Shown: one piece after another, positions 18,982 to 26,693 of the stretch
Numbering within the stretch: position 1 is the stretch's first letter
How the letters are laid out: each line of letters begins with the position of its first letter
Origin: Candidatus Bathyarchaeota archaeon
GTDB taxonomy: Archaea; Thermoproteota; Bathyarchaeia; TCS64; CBFDTC01
Assembly: GCA_965612785.1 (NCBI GenBank)
Contig: CBFDTC010000001.1
Span: 1-54,810, forward strand
Direction of reading: 5' to 3'
Length of the DNA: 54,810 bases
Translations under genes and position numbers: made by a program
Notes under the pieces: generated by a model
Told to the model about the DNA's origin: nothing
Databases searched by the model: none
The model's input: only the letters and a program-made list of their open reading frames with translations

Positions 18982-19075
18982 CTTAACTTTTAGGAATCAT
19001 AATAGAAGAGGGGTTCAGAATATTAAGTTTATGGCAAAGCACCTCAGCCAAGCTTCGTCCTTCAGCTCCGTACAC

Positions 19076-19086
19076 AAAATTTATTA
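19076..19086 (+). promoter_or_regulatory. TATA-like box upstream of metF
   Basis: AAAATTTATTA in the 147-bp cdhA/metF divergent spacer. It predicts a TSS near 19110. That favours the ATG at 19129 over the TTG at 19099. Confidence 0.35.
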
Positions 19087-19128
19087 CAAGAATGACTGTT
19101 GTTAGATGGAAGTTTGGGGCGATCCTCC

Positions 19129-20049
19129 ATGAGGCCTGCGTACAGTAGGCTGGTCAAGGAAATCAGGGACGGAAAGTTCGTGTTCACAGGCGAGCTGGAG
19201 CCCGAGAAGGTCACGGACCTGAGCGATGTCATAAAGAGCGCTGAGGCCATGAAGCCCTACGTCGTGGCAGCCAACGTCACCGACGGACCTCAAGCCATGG
19301 CCTACATAAACTCCCTCGTCCCGGCCTACATAGTTCAGAGGGAGACCGGCCTCGAGACGATATGTCAGATGACTGTGAGGGACAGGAACCGCATAGCTCT
19401 AACCGCCGACATATTGGCCGCAGCACACCTCGGAATAAGGAACATACTCGCCCTTAGCGGAGACCACACGACGCTCGGGGACAATCCAGGCGCCATGCCT
19501 GTGTACGACCTGGACTCAACTCAACTGGTCTACCTCCTCCACCTGCTGGTGGACGAGGGTAGGGACCTAGCGGGTCACGAGATACACGGGAAGGTTGAGA
19601 TCAACGTGGGCATAGCTGGAAACCCGAACGCCGACCCGTTGGAGCCTGAGATACTGAAGATCGAGCGTAAGGTGAGGATCGGTGTGGACTTCATACAGAC
19701 GCAGACTGTGTTCGACATCGAAAAGGCTAAGACGTTCCTCAAGGAGATCGAGTACCTGAACACGCCGTGTCTGATCGGAATATTCCCGATAAAGTCTTAC
19801 AGAATCGCAGAGTACTTCAACAAGTACATTCCAGGCGTAAGCGTTCCAGACGAGTTCATGGAGGCCCTGAAGAAGTGCAAGGAGGAGCCTGACAAGCAGA
19901 AACGTAAGGAGAAGTACGACGAGGCCAACATAGAGTTCTTCGCCCCGTTCATAAAGGAGCTCCGGAAGACGACTAAGGCGGCTGGGATCCACGTGATGGC
20001 AGTCCTGTACGAGAGGATATTCAAGCCCCTGTTCGAAGCTGTGGGGTGA
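19129..20049 (+). CDS. metF: Methylenetetrahydrofolate reductase-like protein (MetF family)
   Basis: MTHFR-fold pattern (..F.F.GE..P.K....S....A.....YV.A.NVTD.P.A......L......Q.E.G.E.I.Q.T.RD.NR.AL..D.L.A..LGI.N.L.L.GD). It is followed by metV. Confidence 0.88.
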   Translation: MRPAYSRLVKEIRDGKFVFTGELEPEKVTDLSDVIKSAEAMKPYVVAANVTDGPQAMAYINSLVPAYIVQRETGLETICQMTVRDRNRIALTADILAAAHLGIRNILALSGDHTTLGDNPGAMPVYDLDSTQLVYLLHLLVDEGRDLAGHEIHGKVEINVGIAGNPNADPLEPEILKIERKVRIGVDFIQTQTVFDIEKAKTFLKEIEYLNTPCLIGIFPIKSYRIAEYFNKYIPGVSVPDEFMEALKKCKEEPDKQKRKEKYDEANIEFFAPFIKELRKTTKAAGIHVMAVLYERIFKPLFEAVG

Positions 20050-20055
20050 TGTAAT

Positions 20056-20694
20056 GTGATAATAACCGAGCAGAAGCCCTTTGAGGAAATCCTCGAGATG
20101 GTCAAGCCGTACAAGAAGATAGCCATAGTCGGATGCGACACCTGCGCCACGCTATGCCAGACGGGCGGCGAGGAGCAAGTGAACGAGATGGCTGAGAAGC
20201 TGAAGGACAGGGTTGTGACTGCGTTCGTCATAGAGACGCCGTGTGACGAGAGGACGTGTAGGAGAGACTTGAGAAAGCATAGGAAGGAGATCGAGGAGGC
20301 AGAAGCCATACTCGTCATGGCCTGCGGAGTGGGTACCCAGACGGTCGGAGAACTTTCAGGCAAGGTAGTCATACCGGCGCTCAACACGAAGTTCCTCGGA
20401 ATGACGGAGAGGATAGGCAGGTTCTACGAGAGGTGCAGGGCCTGTGGAGACTGCATACTCTACGAGACGGGTGGCATATGTCCGTTGACGAGGTGCGCTA
20501 AGGGCCTGCTGAACGGTCCATGCGGAGGCCAAGTGGACGGCAAATGTGAGGTAGGCGGGTACGAGAGGGACTGCGCCTGGGTTCTGATCTGGAAGAGGCT
20601 TAAGGAGCAGGGGAGGCTGGATCTCTTCAAAAAGTTCAGACCTCCGAGGGACAGGTCTTACAAGGCTCAGCCGCAGGAGCTACTGTTCCGCTGA
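20056..20694 (+). CDS. metV: MetV-type Cys-rich partner subunit of MetF (MTHFR C-terminal domain protein)
   Basis: GTG start. Cys clusters GCDTCATLCQTGG and CRACGDCILYETGGICPLTRCAKGLLNGPCGG are typical of MetV. Confidence 0.85.
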   Translation: MIITEQKPFEEILEMVKPYKKIAIVGCDTCATLCQTGGEEQVNEMAEKLKDRVVTAFVIETPCDERTCRRDLRKHRKEIEEAEAILVMACGVGTQTVGELSGKVVIPALNTKFLGMTERIGRFYERCRACGDCILYETGGICPLTRCAKGLLNGPCGGQVDGKCEVGGYERDCAWVLIWKRLKEQGRLDLFKKFRPPRDRSYKAQPQELLFR

Positions 20695-20715
20695 CGACCG
20701 TCTACACCCTTAACC

Positions 20716-20721
20716 TTTTTT
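20716..20721 (+). terminator. Oligo-T tract downstream of metV
   Basis: A T6 run lies about 22 nt after the metV stop. Archaeal termination commonly uses oligo-T tracts. Confidence 0.35.
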
Positions 20722-20869
20722 AGAAGCTCTGGGCTGCTTCTATTCTGTCGCTGAGTTCGTTTATCATCTCCTCCAGGGCGCCTATGCGTTCCTCGATTTC
20801 CTCCAGCCTGTGGTTCAGGTCCTCTATCTGCTCTTCAAGTGCCGCTATCCTCTCCTCGAGGCTGCTCAT
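20720..20869 (-). CDS. 49-aa coiled-coil micro-protein (below the ORF-track cutoff)
   Basis: The ATG..TAA frame translates to MSSLEERIAALEEQIEDLNHRLEEIEERIGALEEMINELSDRIEAAQSF. Leu/Ile occupy an unbroken a/d heptad pattern (positions 4,8,11,15,18,22,25,29,32,36,39,43). It overlaps the last 35 nt of the upstream NTase gene in another frame. Confidence 0.5.
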   Translation of the reverse strand: MSSLEERIAALEEQIEDLNHRLEEIEERIGALEEMINELSDRIEAAQSF

Positions 20870-21962
20870 CGTCGCCACCAAGCCCAAGCTCACTAAAAGA
20901 TAATTTAACCCTATCGCTTCCAGAGGCCAGTTTGAGGCACTGTTCGAAGTACCTCGGCCCGTACGTTAGGGTAACCTGCCTCAGGGAGGCTCTGGGCGTC
21001 CTGTGTTCTTCAAGCCATCCGCACACGACTCCTCGCTCTCCGGCTTTGAGCTGGCCTCTGAACTCCTCCACGTACGACACCACCCTATCCACGTCGGGTC
21101 CCTCTAGGGCTTCGACGTGGTATACGGACGGCATGAACATCGACTCCGAGTCGTCGAGGACCTCGACTACGCACTCCGTGAAGCCGAGGTTGGTTATCTC
21201 CAAGTCGTCGCTGTATTCGTTCGTTATCTCCTCCCACCTCCTGACGGGCTCGAACTCCACCTTCACGGTCCTTCCGAGCCTCTCAGAGTCGTACACGCCG
21301 TATATCATCTTCCTCCTCTGGTACCAGCCGTACTCGGCCTTGCTGTACCTCAAGAACCTCCAGGTCATCGGATGCTCCTCAGGACGCCAACCCTCGAACT
21401 CGTTCCTCAGCCGTGTACCGGGGTCCCTGTACAGTTCTCTGAGCGTCTCGACGAGCCTCCGGGTCTCCCTGATGCCGTACACGGTTAGGTCTATGTCGCT
21501 GTACCTCGGGTTGTAGAAGTCGTGTAATAGGGAGCCGAACACGCCGAAGTCTCCGAGCCTGAGTCCAGAATGCTCTACGACCGTGTCCAGGAGCTCCCTC
21601 ATCGTCTCCACGAGCGGGTCGTCCCTGTCCGACTCGTACAGCCTTCTGAGGGCCTCATCCGGCCTCCTGACCTCGTGTATCTGGTCCTCAGAGACGCCTA
21701 CGAGCCTCCTCCTCAACGGTTTGTAGTAGACCTGGTACTGGGGGAACCTCTCCCTTACGAACCTCAGCCCTCCGTCGAAGTAGAACTTGTAGAACCTCCC
21801 AGCCCGTCCCTCCCTGATGGCCCTTGGGTCCCGGCTGACGTATACGCTCTCGTGGGCGTATTCGAGGTCGCACACCCAGGCTCCGGGTGGATGGTTGTAG
21901 CCGTAGACCCTGAAAAGGAGTCCCTCCTCGGTCACGGGGGAGTCCCTGTCCCTCAGCCTCAT
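20835..21962 (-). CDS. Pol-beta-superfamily nucleotidyltransferase paralog A (uncharacterised archaeal family)
   Basis: NTase motif FGVFGSLLHDFYNPRYSDIDLTVYG (G-S-x10-D-x-D). It shares N-terminal (RDRD..GLLF..GYNHPPG) and C-terminal (VLDDSESMFMPSVYHVE) modules with the two upstream paralogs. Its ATG overlaps the TGA of paralog B (ATGA). Confidence 0.85.
   Translation of the reverse strand: MRLRDRDSPVTEEGLLFRVYGYNHPPGAWVCDLEYAHESVYVSRDPRAIREGRAGRFYKFYFDGGLRFVRERFPQYQVYYKPLRRRLVGVSEDQIHEVRRPDEALRRLYESDRDDPLVETMRELLDTVVEHSGLRLGDFGVFGSLLHDFYNPRYSDIDLTVYGIRETRRLVETLRELYRDPGTRLRNEFEGWRPEEHPMTWRFLRYSKAEYGWYQRRKMIYGVYDSERLGRTVKVEFEPVRRWEEITNEYSDDLEITNLGFTECVVEVLDDSESMFMPSVYHVEALEGPDVDRVVSYVEEFRGQLKAGERGVVCGWLEEHRTPRASLRQVTLTYGPRYFEQCLKLASGSDRVKLSFSELGLGGDDEQPRGEDSGT
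21475..21514 (-). repeat. 40-nt segment identical to 22515-22554
   Basis: ccgtacacggttaggtctatgtcgctgtacctcgggttgt occurs verbatim in paralogs A and B (it encodes NPRYSDIDLTVYG). The flanking sequence is strongly diverged. Confidence 0.9.
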
Positions 21963-23011
21963 GGCCTGTCCACCAGGGGCTTTATGTAGCTGTTTGGGTA
22001 CTCGGTTGAGCCTACGAGAACCCTCATGTACACGCCCCCATCAGCCTTTTCAACCTTCTCGAGCTTGCCTGCGAGCTCTATTTGCTCTCCTTCGTAGGCC
22101 ACGTCGCAGAAAAGCCCCTCGTAGGAGACCACCTCCACAACCGTCTCGGCTTCCCGGGGTCCCTCCAACACCCTGACGTCCTCGACCCTGTACACGGCTG
22201 GTGTGTACATGGCCTCCCGTGAGTCGGAGACGGTTGCGAATGCTCTGACGAAACCGATGGGCCTGTAGGTGCGGTCTCCGTAGGCCTCGGTTATCTCCTC
22301 GTCCGTCTTGGTCGGGTGTATGGAGAACCTCCTGCCTTTGAACAGGCCGTAGTTCCACCTCCTTGAGGCGATGACCCTGACGGTCTTTCGGTCGAGGCCG
22401 AACATACCGGCCCTCCTCACACACCACTCCTCCAGCTCCCTCCTCCCCAGCCTCTCGACGACCCCGTCTCCGCCGCTGCGTATCCAATCCCTTACGCTGG
22501 AGGAGCTTCGTGCTCCGTACACGGTTAGGTCTATGTCGCTGTACCTCGGGTTGTGTATGGCTATCAGTATCGAACCAGTCACGCCGAGGTCCCCCACGGG
22601 CACATCTGCCCCACCCGAAATGGCTTCGGCGAGCTCCACGGTCTGGGCTTCGAGTTCGTCCCTCGGTCCCTCGTGGAGCATATGGGAGAGCCTCTGCTCG
22701 GGCATGTAGTACTTTCTGACGAGCCTCTTCGGGACGAAGGTCATACGTATCTGCCTCACGGGGCAGAACCTCACGTACTCCGGCCTCAAGGCCTGGAGCT
22801 CCTCCGTCATGCGCCGCACCTCGGACACGTGGTAGCGTCTCATGATCCTGGCGTAGGTCACCCCGCCTCTGGACCATATTCCGTCTCCTGGAGCGTACTT
22901 CGGGTACGCCGTGTAGCCGTCTGGGGGGTGGAGGTACCCGGTTAGGCAGAAGAACAGGCCGTCCACCGTCTCCACGTAGTCCCTGTCCTTCGGCTTCCTC
23001 AACCCAGACAC
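21959..23011 (-). CDS. Pol-beta-superfamily nucleotidyltransferase paralog B
   Basis: Motif LGVTGSILIAIHNPRYSDIDLTVYG. Alignment of the N-termini (KDRDYVETVDGLFF vs RDRDSPVTEEGLLF) supports a start at the GTG at 23011 or the TTG at 23002 (TTGA overlap with the stop of paralog C). The ATG at 23059 in the ORF track is less likely. Confidence 0.8.
   Translation of the reverse strand: MSGLRKPKDRDYVETVDGLFFCLTGYLHPPDGYTAYPKYAPGDGIWSRGGVTYARIMRRYHVSEVRRMTEELQALRPEYVRFCPVRQIRMTFVPKRLVRKYYMPEQRLSHMLHEGPRDELEAQTVELAEAISGGADVPVGDLGVTGSILIAIHNPRYSDIDLTVYGARSSSSVRDWIRSGGDGVVERLGRRELEEWCVRRAGMFGLDRKTVRVIASRRWNYGLFKGRRFSIHPTKTDEEITEAYGDRTYRPIGFVRAFATVSDSREAMYTPAVYRVEDVRVLEGPREAETVVEVVSYEGLFCDVAYEGEQIELAGKLEKVEKADGGVYMRVLVGSTEYPNSYIKPLVDRP
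22515..22554 (-). repeat. 40-nt segment identical to 21475-21514
   Basis: See the partner copy. The two copies lie exactly 1040 nt apart at the catalytic motif of adjacent paralogs. Confidence 0.9.
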
Positions 23012-23952
23012 CTCATGTACTCCTCCTGGGTGGCGGAGCCTACCACGAGCCTCGTCCAAGCCCTGCCGTGGAGCTCCGCCCTCTCCAAGAAGCCCCTAAC
23101 CTCGACCACCTCGCCCGGCCGGGCGTACATCCTGTAGGCTCCGACCATCGAGACGACTTCAGAGACCCTCCAGGCATGTTCCCCACCCTCCAGCACCTCC
23201 AGGGTTTCGACTCTGTAGACGGCGGGTCTGAACATGGCCTCCGAGTCGTCGAGGACTCTGCACACCACCTTGGCGGGGCCTATCGGCGTGGCCTGTGGTT
23301 CCTCCTCGATTTCCTCGTACTTTCTCACGGCGTTCACCACGAAACGCCTCCCCATGAACCTCCCCACGTTCCCCCTCCTCGCCTCGTCCTGGGTGGACCT
23401 ACTCAGCTCGAGAACACCCTCCCCCTCAAGCTCCCTTAAGGCCTCCAAGACCCTGAGGTAGTTTCGACCACCGTAGACCGTCAGGTCTACGTCGCTGAGC
23501 TCGTCGTGCATGCCGAGGCATATGGAGCCGTGTATGCCGAAGTCCTCCAGCGGCACCCCGGAGCTCTCGGAGAGGGTCTCGACGAGCCTGACGGCCACCT
23601 CCTCCAGTTCGTCTCTATGTTCCTTCGCCAAAAGCCTCCTAAGAGCCCCGGCCGGCGTGTAGGTCTCCCGTACGTGGCTCAGCGGTGGGGCGACTACGTC
23701 TCTTCGGAGGTTTGGATGCCTGTACACGTGGTGGGGCATGTGCCTCCTGAACGTCTCCAACACGATTCTGTAATGGTTTGGGCTGAACAGCGTCTTAGGC
23801 CTGAGCATGCGTTCCCCACGGAAAACCCAGACCCTGTCCAGCCAATCGAGGGGGAAGAGCTCCGAGATGCGTTCGGGGACGTACTTCAGGAACGCTACGA
23901 CCCTGCCGTTGGGGTGGTGGTACCCGAACGTGTAGAATATCAGTCCCTCCAC
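22999..23952 (-). CDS. Pol-beta-superfamily nucleotidyltransferase paralog C
   Basis: Motif FGIHGSICLGMHDELSDVDLTVYGG. The C-terminal module is VLDDSEAMFRPAVYRVE. The annotated start is a GTG at 23952. Homologous coding sequence without any start codon continues upstream (see findings). Confidence 0.8.
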   Translation of the reverse strand: MEGLIFYTFGYHHPNGRVVAFLKYVPERISELFPLDWLDRVWVFRGERMLRPKTLFSPNHYRIVLETFRRHMPHHVYRHPNLRRDVVAPPLSHVRETYTPAGALRRLLAKEHRDELEEVAVRLVETLSESSGVPLEDFGIHGSICLGMHDELSDVDLTVYGGRNYLRVLEALRELEGEGVLELSRSTQDEARRGNVGRFMGRRFVVNAVRKYEEIEEEPQATPIGPAKVVCRVLDDSEAMFRPAVYRVETLEVLEGGEHAWRVSEVVSMVGAYRMYARPGEVVEVRGFLERAELHGRAWTRLVVGSATQEEYMRCLG

Positions 23953-23998
23953 GGAGACGAACGGGTCTCCGTCCCTCGGCCTCCAGGCCTCGGCCCCT

Positions 23999-24877
23999 TC
24001 AACGGCTGGCGAGTTGGATGACGTGGTTAACTACCTCCTCGACTACTTTCGTCTTCGAGACCCTCTGAAGCCCCATCCACCCCGGCATGCTGTTCACCTC
24101 GACAACGTACAACCGTCCGTCCGTCGTCTTCACCAAGTCCACCCCAGAGTACTCGCATCCTACGGCTCTCGAAGCCCTGACCGCCAGCCTCTCCTCCTCC
24201 GGAGTTGGGTTGTACGGTCTCGGTTCGGCTCCCTGCGACACGTTCGTCTTCCACGTACCGCCGACCCTCTGCATGGATGCGACGACTCGGTCTCCGACGA
24301 CGAACATCCTGAGGTCTACGTTTCCGTGGGGTATGTACTCCTGGAGGTAGTAGACGCACCTGGAAAGCTGGAGCGCCCTGAAGACCCTGTACGCCAGGTC
24401 CCTGTCCTCGACCCTCATGACTCCCCTCCCGAGAGACCCGAACAGGGGTTTGACGACCACGTCTCCACCCAGCTCCTCGAAGGCGTCCATGGCGTCCCAG
24501 AAGTTCTCGCACGCCACAGTCCTCGGAACCGGTATGCCCTCGTCCTCCAGGATGGTTAGGACCCTGTACTTGTCGGCCGCAATCTCAATTGAAAGCGGTG
24601 GGTTCACGACGACCACACCGAGCCTCCGGAGTCTGTGGAGGACGTCCATCCTGAAGAAGACCTGCTCCGGAGAGCCTCCAGGTAAACTCCTGACTATCAG
24701 GGCGTCGAGGTTGTCCACCCGGACGCCTGAGCAGTACACCCGATCTTCCACCGACACTTTGGCTTTGAACTCCCTCGGCTTGAGGAAGGGAGCTTCTACT
24801 CCACGTTTCCCGAGCTCCTGGACTATCTGCTTGACATGTTCGTCCTCCAGACTCTTCCCTAGGACGCCTATCCTCAT
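23999..24877 (-). CDS. RimK-family ATP-grasp alpha-L-glutamate ligase (MptN/CofF-like)
   Basis: The ATP-grasp pattern ..GDVVVKPLFGS.GRGV.. / YLQEYI.. / DLRMFVVGDRVVASMQR..G.WKTN.SQG.. / GVDLV....G.LYVVEVNS.PG is typical of RimK/MptN/CofF/LysX ligases. It starts 16 nt downstream of fwdC. Confidence 0.85.
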   Translation of the reverse strand: MRIGVLGKSLEDEHVKQIVQELGKRGVEAPFLKPREFKAKVSVEDRVYCSGVRVDNLDALIVRSLPGGSPEQVFFRMDVLHRLRRLGVVVVNPPLSIEIAADKYRVLTILEDEGIPVPRTVACENFWDAMDAFEELGGDVVVKPLFGSLGRGVMRVEDRDLAYRVFRALQLSRCVYYLQEYIPHGNVDLRMFVVGDRVVASMQRVGGTWKTNVSQGAEPRPYNPTPEEERLAVRASRAVGCEYSGVDLVKTTDGRLYVVEVNSMPGWMGLQRVSKTKVVEEVVNHVIQLASR

Positions 24878-24893
24878 CTAAGGGTTGAAAAAA

Positions 24894-25751
24894 CTAAGTG
24901 TTGGTTAAACGTTTTCTATCGCTTAGCAGGAATATCTCTCCTCCGCCTCCCTCGGCCAAGTCTCCGTGGTACCTGTCGTACACAGCGTCCATGTACCTGG
25001 AAGCCTCCTCGACCCCGTACGTCCGGTGGAGCTCCCTCATCAACAGCCTTATGAACGTCGGGCTGTACGTGGCGTCGTACACGAACGTCGGAGGCATTTC
25101 CTCAACCCCTCCGTGGACTACTATCACGGCGCCCTTGTTCCCCATGTGGGCTCCCAAGCCCCTTCCGGCTCTGCCGAACACGATTATCGTCCCGGCCACC
25201 ATGTCGGCTCCGAGGAACTCCCCGGCGTCCCCCAGCACGACGAGCAGACCCCTCCTCATACCCCTGCAGGCCTCCCCCCCGACGCTCCCATGGACGATTA
25301 TGGCTCCGCCCGTCATGCCGAACGGGCTTCCGAGGTAGGAGGCCCCGAGGAAGTGGTCTGCGTTCCCTCGAATCCTGAGGACGCCCCCGCTCATCTCAGC
25401 GCCAGACCACTCCCCGACGTCTCCCTCGACGACGATTTCACCCCCGCTCATCTTCGCGCCCGTGTGGGCTCCGCTCCGGCCTTGGATGACTATCCTGCCG
25501 GCGGTCATCTCGTATCCGATGTACTTTACGGTCGGCACGTCTCCCTCGACGACTATCTCCGTGTCCTCGGCGCTGTCCCCAGCCTCTCCGTAGACCTCGA
25601 ACAGGTCTCCGAGCCTCCTACGTCTCTTCCCGACCCACAAGGTCAGGTTCCGGAGCTCTTCGACCGTCTTGCCTGCGAACTCGTCTGGGGTTATACAGTA
25701 TGCCTCCACGGGGACTTTCGGAAGCTCCTTTGGCTTGAGCCTAACCGTCAC
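24894..25751 (-). CDS. fwdC: Formylmethanofuran dehydrogenase subunit C
   Basis: Repetitive Gly-rich beta-helix (..GGEIVVEGDVG..SGGVLRIRGNA..GGAIIVHGSVG..GTIIVFGRAG..) typical of FwdC/FmdC. Confidence 0.9.
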   Translation of the reverse strand: MTVRLKPKELPKVPVEAYCITPDEFAGKTVEELRNLTLWVGKRRRRLGDLFEVYGEAGDSAEDTEIVVEGDVPTVKYIGYEMTAGRIVIQGRSGAHTGAKMSGGEIVVEGDVGEWSGAEMSGGVLRIRGNADHFLGASYLGSPFGMTGGAIIVHGSVGGEACRGMRRGLLVVLGDAGEFLGADMVAGTIIVFGRAGRGLGAHMGNKGAVIVVHGGVEEMPPTFVYDATYSPTFIRLLMRELHRTYGVEEASRYMDAVYDRYHGDLAEGGGGEIFLLSDRKRLTNT

Positions 25752-25754
25752 GTC

Positions 25755-26693
25755 TCACACCCCCAGACAGTCCTTCAGGTAGATGAGGTACTTACCCAGC
25801 CTGCCGCCGTAGTTCCCTGCCGTTATGCCCAATACGCCGTCCACCTTCACAGCCTCCCTGATGCCCACGGCCATCGCCTTCTTAACCGACTCGAGGTCCA
25901 CGCCGTTTATCACGATCTCGAACACCGAGCCGACCCCCTCCGGAACCTGGGTGTCCGGAACCTCAGCCCTCAGCGTCGGACACAGAGGCGTGTTCGTCGA
26001 AGCCCTCAGGAACTTGTACCGTGAACCCACCTTGCTACCGCTCCTGCACACCCCGCCGGGGAACGGCGTTATGACGCCCCTGATGGGCTCTATGGCCTTC
26101 ACGGCTCTCTCCGAGGCTTCCAGGGCTGAGTCTACGTCCCTCCCGAGGATTATGAAGTTCCCCCCGGCCACGCCCCTCTTCATCCCGAACTTGTCTTCGA
26201 TGAGGAATTCGCCCTCCATGACTGGTATCCTCCACAGGCGTCTCTTGGCTCCGAGGCCGTCCCCGAGCCTGACCTTCTTCTGGTAGCCGTCTCCGAAGAA
26301 CCTAAGCCTCCCACCGAGGCTTACAGTGTCCTCAGCCTCCTCGAGCGGGATGCCGTTGTAAACGGCTGAAGTGGGGCTCGTCAGGACGCACTGTCCCACC
26401 CTGCGGAGGAGCTGGTCCTCCATGTCCTTCCTGCCCGTGAACACGAGGACGCTGACCCCAGGCCTCCCGTCGGGCGTCTCGTCAGGGCTGAGTTCGCACT
26501 CTATGCCCGCCTCGCAGCCGCACATTATTATCGAGGTAGCGAACCCCGTCATCGTCTGGGCGGCTATCCTCGCCCACCTGGCGTTCTTGGCGGTTATTAT
26601 CAGCCTCGAAACCCAAAGCCTGAAGGCCTCTGCGAACGTGTCCTCTACCCTAACCCCATTCAGCTCGAACGCCAACTCACCCACCTCCAGCAT
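25755..26693 (-). CDS. ftr: Formylmethanofuran:tetrahydromethanopterin N-formyltransferase
   Basis: N-terminal NGV.VEDTFAEAF....R..ITA.N..WA..AA...TGFATS.I.C..EAGIE is diagnostic of Ftr. Length is about 300 aa. Confidence 0.93.
   Translation of the reverse strand: MLEVGELAFELNGVRVEDTFAEAFRLWVSRLIITAKNARWARIAAQTMTGFATSIIMCGCEAGIECELSPDETPDGRPGVSVLVFTGRKDMEDQLLRRVGQCVLTSPTSAVYNGIPLEEAEDTVSLGGRLRFFGDGYQKKVRLGDGLGAKRRLWRIPVMEGEFLIEDKFGMKRGVAGGNFIILGRDVDSALEASERAVKAIEPIRGVITPFPGGVCRSGSKVGSRYKFLRASTNTPLCPTLRAEVPDTQVPEGVGSVFEIVINGVDLESVKKAMAVGIREAVKVDGVLGITAGNYGGRLGKYLIYLKDCLGV

Noticed and set aside
23999-24001. Programmed +1 frameshift fusing the ATP-grasp to NTase paralog C
   Set aside because: I kept this only as the least likely option in a finding. 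The CGT-TGA-A context offers no tRNA re-pairing in the +1 frame and there is no obvious stimulatory element. Simple loss of the ancestral start codon is more parsimonious.
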